A stretch of DNA of 64,000 nucleotides from assembly GCA_002269645.1 (NCBI GenBank), contig NIVC01003891.1:7191-71190 (forward strand). Direction: 5' to 3'. Both the position numbers and the translations under genes were made by a program. Under the pieces are notes generated by a model. It was not told the DNA's origin. It searched no databases and saw nothing but the letters and a program-made list of their open reading frames with translations. Shown piece after piece: positions 11,425 through 21,517 of this stretch. Position 1 is the stretch's first letter. Every line of letters starts with the position of its first letter. The DNA is from Macrostomum lignano. Lineage: Eukaryota.

Positions 11425-14400
11425 GCTGGTCCAGCTAACCTACAGACTGTACTGACGCCACTGAGACAGTCTGTTTAAGAGTCTTTCAGATGGGAGGTGA
11501 AATTCAAGTTTAGGAGGTCCAGCTAACCGACAGACTGTACTGACACCAATATGCCAGTCTGTTTCAAAGTCTCAGTAGAATCAAAGTATCAGTTGTAAAC
11601 TGTCAATCCTGAATTCTCGTATAAATGCCAAATTTGACAGGCCCAGTCTGGAGACGGCAAGTCAGCTTTGATGCAGACAAGTGACGCAAGCAACTCCAGC
11701 AAGATATCGACCAAGACTTTAAAGGCCAAGAGCCATTAAGTCGACTATAGGCTGACGCCTCACGTCTGGACACCTCTAAGAAGTCGGCTGAGGCACCTGA
11801 GACGCTGGTCAGTCCGGTGGACAGACGTGTTGCCTCATCGTAGTTCAGTCATCGGACGAGATTGAATCTACTGTGGTGAGCTTGCTGCAAAAGTGTTCAG
11901 GTTTGGTTTATCATATTCTAATTGAACTGGTCCAGCTAACCTACAGACTGTACTGACGCAACTGATCCAGTCTGTTTAGGAGCCTCACAGATGGGAGGTG
12001 GAATTCAGGTTTAGGTGGTCCAGCTGACCTACAGACTGTACTGACGCAACTGAGCCAGTCTGTTTAGGAGCCTCACAGATGGAGGTGGAATTCAAGTCCA
12101 GGAGGTCCAGCTAACCTACAGACTGTACTGACACCACTGTGCCAGTCTGTTTCAAAGTCTCAGTAGGAAATCAGTTGTAAATTCTCAATCCTGAATTCTC
12201 GTATAAATGTCAAATTTGACAGGCCCAGTCTGGAGATGGCAAGTCAGCATTGATGCAGACGAGTGACGCAAGCTACTCTGGCAAGATGTCGACCAAGACT
12301 TTAAAGGCTAAGAGCCATTGAATCGATTATAGGCTGACATTTCACGTCTGGACACCTCTAAAAAGTTTGCTGAGGCACCTGAGACGCTGTTCAGTCTGAT
12401 GGACAGACGTGTTGCCTCATCTCAGTTCAATCATCGGACGAGATTGAATCTACTGTGGTGAGCTTGCTGCAAAAGTGTTCAGATTTGGCTTATCCTATTC
12501 TAATTTAACTGGTCCAGCTAACCTACAGACTGCACTGACGCAACTGAGCCGGTCTGTTGAGGAGCCTCACAGATGGAGGTGGAATTCAAGTTTAGGTGGT
12601 CCAGCTAAACTACAGACTGCACTGACGCAACTGAGCGAGTCTGTTTAGCAGCCTCACAGATGGAGGTGGAATTCAAGTTTAGGTGGTCCAGCTAACCTAC
12701 AGACTGTACTGACGCAACTGAGCCAGTCTGTTTCAAAGTCTCAGTAGGATATCAGTTGTAAATTCTCAATCCTGAATTCTCGTATAAATGTCAAATTTGA
12801 CAGGCCCAGTCTGGATACGGCAAGTCAGCATTGATGCAGACGAGTGACGCAAGCAACTCTGGAAAGATGTCGACCAATACTTCAAAGGCCAAGAGCCATT
12901 GAGTCGACTATAGGCTGACATTTCACGTCTGGACACCTCTAAAAAGTTTGCTGAGGCACCTGAGACGCTGTTCAGTCTGATGGACAGACGTGTTGCCTCA
13001 TCTCAGTTCAATCATCGGACGAGATTGAATCTACTGTGGTGAGCTTGCTGCAAAAGTGTTCAGATTTGGCTTATCCTATTCTAATTTAACTGGTCCAGCT
13101 AACCTACAGACTGCACTGACGCAACTGAGCCGGTCTGTTGAGGAGCCTCACAGATGGAGGTGGAATTCAAGTTTAGGTGGTCCAGCTAACCTACAGACTG
13201 CACTGACGCAACTGAGCCAGTCTGTTTAGCAGCCTCACAGATGGAGGTGGAATTCAAGTTTAGGTGGTCCAGCTAACCTACAGACTGTACTGACGCCACT
13301 GAGCCAGTCTGTTTCAAAGTCTCAGTAGGATATCAGTTGTAAATTCTCAATCCTGAATTCTCGTATAAATGTCAAATTTGACAGGCCCAGTCTGGATACG
13401 GCAAGTCAGCATTGATGCAGACGAGTGACGCAAGCAACTCTGGAAAGATGTCGACCAATACTTCAAAGGCCAAGAGCCATTGAGTCGACTATAGGCTGAG
13501 ACCTCACATCTGGACACCTCCCAAAAAAGTTTGCTGAGGCACCTGAGACGCTGGTCAGTCCGGTGGACAGATATGGTGAGCTTGCTGCAAAATTGTTCAG
13601 ATTTGGTTTATCCTTTTCTAAATGTAATTGAACTGGTCCAGCTAACCTACAGACTGCACTGACGCAACTTAGCCAGTCTGTTTAAGAGCCTCACAGATGG
13701 GAGGTGGAATTCAAGTCCAGGAGGTCCAGCTAACCTACAGACTGTACTGACGCAACTGAGCCAGTCTGTTTAGGAGCCTCACAGATGGGAGGTGGAATTC
13801 AGTTTAGCTGGTCCAGCTAACCTACAGACTGTACTGACGCAACTGAGCCAGTCTGTTTAGGAGCCTCACAGATGGAGGTGGAATTCAAGTTTAGCTGGTC
13901 CAGCTAACCTACAGACTGTACTGACGCCACTGAGCCAGTCTGTTTCAAAGTCTCAGTAGGAAATGAGTTGTTAATTCTCAATCCTGTATTCTCGTATAAA
14001 TGTCAAATTTGACAGGCCCAGTCTGGAGACGGCAAGTCAGCTTTGATGCAGACGAGTGACGCAAGCAACTCTGGCAAGATGTCGACCAAGACCTTAAAGG
14101 CCAAGAGCCATTGAATCGATTATAGGCTGACATCTCACGTCTGGACACTTGTAAAAACTTTGCTGAGGCACCTGAGACGCTGTTCAGTCTGATGGACAGA
14201 CGTGTTGCCTCATCTCAGTTCAGTCATCGGACGAGATTGAATCTACTGTGGTGAGCTTGCTGCAAAAGTGTTCAGTTTTGGCTTATCCTATTCTAATTGA
14301 ACTGGTCCAGCTAACCTACAGACTGTACTGACACAACTGAGCCAGTCTGTTTAGGAGCCTCACAGATGGAGGTGGAATTCAAGTTTAGCTGGTCCAGCTA

Positions 14401-17400
14401 ACCTACAGACTGCACTGACGCCACTGAGCCAGTCTGTTTAGGAGCCTCACAGATATTCAAAGTTTAGGAGGTCCAGCTAACCTACAGACTGCACTGGCGC
14501 AACTGAGCCAGTCTGTTTAGGAGCCTCACAGATGGGAGGTGGAATTCAAGTCCAGGAGGTCCAGCTAACCAACAGACTGTACTGACGCAACTGAGCCAGT
14601 CTGTTTCAAAGTCTCAGTAGGATATCAGTTGTAAATTCTCAATCCTGAATTCTCGTATAAATGTCAAATTTGACAGGCCCAGTCTGGAGATGGCAAGTCA
14701 GCATTGATGCAGACGAGTGACGCAAGCTACTCTGGCAAGATGTCGACCAAGACTTTAAAGGCTAAGAGCCATTGAATCGATTATAGGCTGACATTTCACG
14801 TCTGGACACCTCTAAAAAGTTTGCTGAGGCACCTGAGACGCTGTTCAGTCTGATGGACAGACGTGTTGCCTCATCTCAGTTCAGTCATTAGACGAGACTG
14901 AATCTACTGTGGTGAGCTTGCTGCAAAAGTGTTCAGTTTTGGCTTATCCTATTCTAATTGAACTGGTCCAGCTAACCTACAGACTGCACTGACACAACTG
15001 AGCCAGTCTGTTTAGGAGCCTCACAGATGAAGTTTAGGTGGTCCAGCTAAACTACAGACTGCACTGATGCCACTGAGCCAGTCTGTTTAGGAGCCTCACA
15101 GATGGAGGTGGAATTCAAGTTTAGGTGGTCCAGCTAACCTACAGACTGTACTGACGCCACTGAGCCAGTCTGTTTAGGAGCCTCACAGATTGGAGGTGGA
15201 ATTCAAGTTTAGCTGGTCCAGCTAACCTACAGACTGCACTGACGCAACTGAGCCAGTCTGTTTAGGAGCCTCACAGATGAAGTTTAGGTGGTCCAGCTAA
15301 ACTACAGACTGCACTGATGCCACTGAGCCAGTCTGTTTAGGAGCCTCACAGATGGAGGTGGAATTCAAGTTTAGGTGGTCCAGCTAACCTTCAGACTGTA
15401 CTGACGCCACTGAGCCAGTCTGTTTCAAAGTCTCAGTAGGAAATGAGTTGTTAATTCTCAATCCTGTATTCTCGTATAAATGTCAAATTTGACAGGCCCA
15501 GTCTGGAGACGGCAAGTCAGCTTTGATGCAGACGAGTGACGCAAGCAACTCTGGCAAGATGTCGACCAAGACCTTAAAGGCAAGAGCCATTGAATCGATT
15601 ATAGGCTGACATCTCACGTCTGGACACTTGTAAAAACTTTGCTGAGGCACCTGAGACGCTGTTCAGTCTGATGGACAGACGTGTTGCCTCATCTCAGTTC
15701 AGTCATCGGACGAGATTGAATCTACTGTGGTGAGCTTGCTGCAAAAGTGTTCAGTTTTGGCTTATCCTATTCTAATTGAACTGGTCCAGCTAACCTACAG
15801 ACTGTACTGACACAACTGAGCCAGTCTGTTTAGGAGCCTCACAGATGGAGGTGGAATTCAAGTTTAGCTGGTCCAGCTAACCTACAGACTGCACTGACGC
15901 CACTGAGCCAGTCTGTTTAGGAGCCTCACAGATATTCAAAGTTTAGGAGGTCCAGCTAACCTACAGACTGCACTGGCGCAACTGAGCCAGTCTGTTTAGG
16001 AGCCTCACAGATGGGAGGTGGAATTCAAGTCCAGGAGGTCCAGCTAACCAACAGACTGTACTGACGCAACTGAGCCAGTCTGTTTCAAAGTCTCAGTAGG
16101 ATATCAGTTGTAAATTCTCAATCCTGAATTCTCGTATAAATGTCAAATTTGACAGGCCCAGTCTGGAGATGGCAAGTCAGCATTGATGCAGACGAGTGAC
16201 GCAAGCTACTCTGGCAAGATGTCGACCAAGACTTTAAAGGCTAAGAGCCATTGAATCGATTATAGGCTGACATTTCACGTCTGGACACCTCTAAAAAGTT
16301 TGCTGAGGCACCTGAGACGCTGTTCAGTCTGATGGACAGACGTGTTGCCTCATCTCAGTTCAGTCATTAGACGAGACTGAATCTACTGTGGTGAGCTTGC
16401 TGCAAAAGTGTTCAGTTTTGGCTTATCCTATTCTAATTGAACTGGTCCAGCTAACCTACAGACTGCACTGACACAACTGAGCCAGTCTGTTTAGGAGCCT
16501 CACAGATGAAGTTTAGGTGGTCCAGCTAAACTACAGACTGCACTGATGCCACTGAGCCAGTCTGTTTAGGAGCCTCACAGATGGAGGTGGAATTCAAGTT
16601 TAGCTGGTCCAGCTAACCTACAGACTGTACTGACGCCACTGAGCCAGTCTGTTTAGGAGCCTCACAGATTGGAGGTGGAATTCAAGTTTAGCTGGTCCAG
16701 CTAACCTACAGACTGCACTGACGCAACTGAGCCAGTCTGTTTAGGAGCCTCACAGATGAAGTTTAGGTGGTCCAGCTAAACTACAGACTGCACTGATGCC
16801 ACTGAGCCAGTCTGTTTAGGAGCCTCACAGATGGAGGTGGAATTCAAGTTTAGCTGGTCCAGCTAACCTTCAGACTGTACTGACGCCACTGAGCCAGTCT
16901 GTTTCAAAGTCTCAGTAGGAAATGAGTTGTTAATTCTCAATCCTGTATTCTCGTATAAATGTCAAATTTGACAGGCCCAGTCTGGAGACGGCAAGTCAGC
17001 TTTGATGCAGACGAGTGACGCAAGCAACTCTGGCAAGATGTCGACCAAGACCTTAAAGGCCAAGAGCCATTGAATCGATTATAGGCTGACATCTCACGTC
17101 TGGACACTTGTAAAAACTTTGCTGAGGCACCTGAGACGCTGTTCAGTCTGATGGACAGACGTGTTGCCTCATCTCAGTTCAGTCATCGGACGAGATTGAA
17201 TCTACTGTGGTGAGCTTGCTGCAAAAGTGTTCAGTTTTGGCTTATCCTATTCTAATTGAACTGGTCCAGCTAACCTACAGACTGCACTGACGCAACTGAG
17301 CCAGTCTGTTTAGGAGCCTCACAGATGGAGGTGGAATTCAAGTTTAGGAGGTCCAGCTAACCTACAGACTGTACTGACGCAACTGACCAGTCTGTTTAGG

Positions 17401-17770
17401 AGCCTCACAGATATTCAAAGTTTAGGAGGTCCAGCTAACCTACAGACTGCACTGACGCAACTGACCAGTCTGTTTAGGAGCCTCACAGATATTCAAGTTT
17501 AGGTGGTCCAGCTAAACTACAGACTGTACTGACGCCACTGAGCCAGTCTGTTTAGGAGCCTCACAGATGAAGGTGGAATTCAAGTTTAGGTGGTCCAGCT
17601 AACCTACAGACTGTACTGACGCCACTGAGCCAGTCTGTTTCAAAGTCTCAGTAGGAAATCAGTTGTAAATTCTCAATCCTGAATTCTCGTATAAATGTCA
17701 AATTTGACAGGCCCAGTCTGGAGACGGCAAGTCAGCTTTGATGCAGACGAGTGACGCAAGCAACTCTGGC
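11425..17770. repeat. Higher-order tandem array: ten ~360-bp blocks (last truncated) separated by runs of 2-6 copies of an ~87-bp (74-91) subunit, ~40 subunits in total
   Basis: Blocks beginning TCAAAGTCTCAGTAG lie at ~11564, 12152, 12734, 13314, 13946, 14605, 15425, 16084, 16904 and 17640. Subunit consensus: GGTCCAGCTAACCTACAGACTGTACTGACGCAACTGAGCCAGTCTGTTTAGGAGCCTCACAGATGGAGGTGGAATTCAAGTTTAG(G/C)T. Confidence 0.95.
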
Positions 17771-18603
17771 AAAATGAAGACTAGTTTTTTGTGCTCAACC
17801 GCAATAGTTTGTTTACGATGATATTGACTGCGACAGCTTGTGGCTTTCTGTGAGATGATTCCGCTATCCTTCGTAACATGTCTTGTCCGTCCGTTAAAAT
17901 TTTTTTTATTGTTCAAAAATTGAGTGGAAAGTTGTTCTATTGTAATACGTGAAATTATTTGGGCAAATTTATTATTTTAGTATTTATTCAGTATTTATTA
18001 ATTATCATCGTCAATCTACTTGCTTTTTTGGCACATAATTGGGACGTTAAGTGTGTTTCTTTAGATTTATCATTATTCTAGTGCACTACAAATATGAATT
18101 TTTGCTATTTAAAGTTTTGCTTGGCCGTTAATTTGCACTTGTAACTATTTTTCTCGGCCTAAAAATTAGTTGCATTTGATTCATTTGTTTTTAATGAGGA
18201 TGATCGGTTCTTGAGTCCGGAGCAAAGTAGAACTGAATGCATAATTTGCACTTTATTACATATTTTGTATTTGGGGCTTCCGTCACGTGACTTTTTAGTG
18301 TTTTTTCTCGTGCTTAACAGTACTGGGTCGATAATAATCCCAGTACTCTGCTAAATAAATGATGGTCCACCTAAACGGTGTCTTTTTGAAGGTCCACCTA
18401 AAACAGGTCCGGGCTGGTCCAGCTATCCCAGTTGAAAGTGACATGCAGTTTCCACGAGATGGCTAATCTGCAGGCTAAACTGAAAGACAACCCACGCTAA
18501 CTTTTCGTGTAGAGACAAAAGACACCGGTTTTATAGCGAAACTAGGTGGTCCACCTAATGCATTAACAAAACTCTGGTCCCGCTAAACACACAGACAGCG
18601 GTA

Positions 18604-18604
18604 G

Positions 18605-18646
<42 letters not shown>

Positions 18647-18766
18647 GTCTGTCTGTCTGTCTGTCTGTGTCTGTCTGTCTTTCTGTCTGTCTGTCTGTCT
18701 GTGTCTGTCTGTCTGTCTGTCTGCCTGTCTGTCTGTATGTCTGTCTGTCTGTCTGTCTGTCTGTCC

Positions 18767-18817
<51 letters not shown>

Positions 18818-18870
18818 GTCTGTCTGTCTTTCTGTCTGTCTGTCTGTGTCTGTCTGTCTGTCTGTCTTCC

Positions 18871-18910
<40 letters not shown>

Positions 18911-18942
18911 CTGTCTGTCTGTCCTGTCTGTCTGTCTGTCTG

Positions 18943-18973
<31 letters not shown>

Positions 18974-19023
18974 CTGTCTGTCTGTGTCTGGTTTGTCTTT
19001 ATGTCTGTCTGTCTATGTGTCTG

Positions 19024-19055
<32 letters not shown>

Positions 19056-19117
19056 TTCTGTCTGTCTGTCTGTCTGCCTGCCTGTCTGTCTGTCTGTCTG
19101 TCTGTCCTGTCTGTCTG

Positions 19118-19150
<33 letters not shown>

Positions 19151-19233
19151 GCCTTAGTGTTTGTCTGTCTGTCTGTCTGTCCGTCTGTCCTGTCTGTCTG
19201 TCTGTGTCTGTCTGTCTGTCTGTCTGTCTGTCC

Positions 19234-19277
<44 letters not shown>

Positions 19278-19305
19278 CTGTCCGTCTGTCCTGTCTGTCT
19301 GTCTG

Positions 19306-19341
<36 letters not shown>

Positions 19342-19404
19342 AGTCTGTCTGTCTGTCTGTCTGTCTGTGTCTGGTTTGTCTTTATGTCTGTCTGTCTGTC
19401 TGTC

Positions 19405-19457
<53 letters not shown>

Positions 19458-19487
19458 GTCTGGTTTGTCTTTATGTCTGTCTGTCTG

Positions 19488-19538
<51 letters not shown>

Positions 19539-19554
19539 GTCTGGTTTGTCTTTA

Positions 19555-19589
<35 letters not shown>

Positions 19590-19628
19590 GTCTGTCTATC
19601 TGTCTGTCTGTCTGTCTGTCTGTCTGTG

Positions 19629-19697
<69 letters not shown>

Positions 19698-19716
19698 TTC
19701 TGTCTGTCCGTCTGTC
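18604..19716. repeat. (TCTG)n microsatellite, right part
   Basis: Same strand and same variant signature (GTGTCTGTCTGTCTTTCTGTCTG...TCTGCCTGTCTG) as 9232-9902. Confidence 0.97.
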
Positions 19717-21517
19717 CTTCCGTCAGTCAAATCAAAATATCTAGTCCATTTTTCACCAAGCAGCTTTCTAACTATTTTAGCTACAGTAGTAACTATTATC
19801 CAAAAGTTGAAATTTCTGTAAAGAAACTTTTCAAACTCGAGCACAGGCTCGCTCAATGGCCAGCGAGACGCCAGCGCAGGCCGCACCTGCTAAAATGCGT
19901 GAGCACGCCTTGAACCGGAGCGAGGTGGGAGAGAGAGAGAGAGAAAGTGATCGGGGCTGAGAGAGGCGGAGGTGACAGGCCCGCGCGCGCAGGCTGGGGA
20001 TGAAAAGCTCTCGAGGTTCTCCCTATAGCTTGTTGCAAAATTCGGCGCTGGACGGGGGGCCCATTAGCCAATTATGCGCAAATGACCGAATAATCACCTG
20101 CAGGCAGGTGAGCCCTCTCCTTTTCTAAGCCGTGCGCTAAGCCCGGGGAGCGGGGTTGCAGATTGCCATCTACCTACCTTTATTATTTCGTCTTCCCCTC
20201 TTCTCTGTCTTTCGCCTCTTTTCCCGGGAGGCGAAAGGTCTCCCTCATCCAGCTGTCTGACTGCGCTCCACCCCTTCATTTCCAGTGCTGCAGGAGTCCT
20301 GTGTGTGTGTCTGTGTAAGTTGAGCTCCGAGTGCATGCATGTTGCGTGTGTGAGAGGCGGGGAGGGAGACATCTTAGGTAACGTCAGGCAGCCGGCACCT
20401 AGAGGGGCTGCTTGCGACGGCAGCTTTGAAGTTCGCGGCACACACAGTGGGGGGGTGGCGGGCAGACAGACAAACGCGAGGAGCAGCGCAGAAGCGGCCG
20501 CAGCTCTTGAGGGAGCAGCCAGTCGAAGAGAGCCGAGCAAGGCGGCTCAAAGTCGTCGCATAACAGACGCACACAGAGATTGGGAGCGGGCAGCGGCCCT
20601 CCTTGCCCATCGCCGGCTCTTCTCTCTTTAGATGTTGCATTCCCCCAGCTTCCTGCTCCCAATCGGGACGGGCCAATCGCTCGCTACAGATGGCCAGCCT
20701 CCTGCGCGATGAAGGAGGAGCTGTGGAAAATAAATAGAGGCCAGCGCCTGGCAACACGGGCAGGGATAACAGACTGGAGAAGTTTGTCCCGGACCCGTGC
20801 CGGACCCCTGAGCTTAATTAGCCGAGTTTGACTCGCCATTTGCACCCATCACCCATTTGACGGCAGCGGCCGAGCAGTCTGCCCCGGTGTTCCGCTTCCT
20901 GTCTCGACTCGATCGAGAATTAATGAAGGCAGCGAGGTCTGCGCGAGCCTGACCGCAGCACTCATCTGAGCAGCGGGGCGCCAATTTATCCAAAGGTTTG
21001 AGCAGACTCTCGCAGTTTCTGGGTCCCGCTGGACTTTGCATAAACGGATTAGGCGGCCATGCAGCGGGCAGGCAATCCACGCGGCCTCGGCCAGTGCGGG
21101 TTGCTCGTATGGATAGATAGATTTCAAATCGCAAACAAACTAAGCCGCTGAGACGCTGTAGCACACGTGATCACGTGACCCCGTGTCCTGTACCTTCTCA
21201 CTGCCCCCCTCCAGTCTGGTCAGCTCCTCCTTGGTTGCTAATTATTTCTCTGCCCCGGCTCGCCTCAGCGTCTTGCTGGGACAAAGCGGGCTTTTGCTTT
21301 TAGAAAAGAAGAAGCTGGCAAGAGCAAAATTGCCGCTCCCCAACCCCCCCCCTCTTCGCGAAAGCCGAGCCGCTCCGGGCAGGCCAAATCTTCACTTTGC
21401 TGTCCCTCTCTTCTAATGCGGCTTTAAGCCACGGCTGAAGCAGTGAGCTCGGCCGAGGTCTAACTGCTCACTCGCCGCCTGCCTCCCCCCACCCCGGGGC
21501 AGATCTCGCCCAGCACG

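Larger units (their letters stand above)
9903..18603. mobile_element. Putative non-autonomous DNA transposon (~8.7 kb) with imperfect terminal inverted repeats, inserted in a (TCTG)n array; unclassified
   Basis: Left end CTGTCTGTGTGTTTActtGGACC..GCATTAGcTGGACC (9907-9962) is the inverse of the right end GGTCCAcCTAATGC..GGTCCcgcTAAACACACAGACAG (18548-18598). Both flanks are the same-orientation TCTG array. No transposase ORF was seen. Confidence 0.6.

Noticed and set aside
11425-17770. CRISPR-like or hammerhead-ribozyme interpretation of the repeat array
   Set aside because: The 'spacers' are themselves repeated, there are no cas genes, the context is eukaryotic, and the CTGANGA/GAAA hammerhead core is absent (units have CTGACGC/CTGATGC).
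18645-19913. CLSV-repeat ORFs of 170-384 aa
   Set aside because: Translations of the (TCTG)n microsatellite.
20761-20772. CAGGGATAACAG resembling an I-SceI or mitochondrial LSU motif
   Set aside because: An 11-nt match is expected by chance in 64 kb.
20094-21416. Several 70-150 aa ORFs upstream of the PH-domain gene
   Set aside because: GC-rich region with overlapping ORFs on both strands and no domain signal; more likely promoter/5' UTR.
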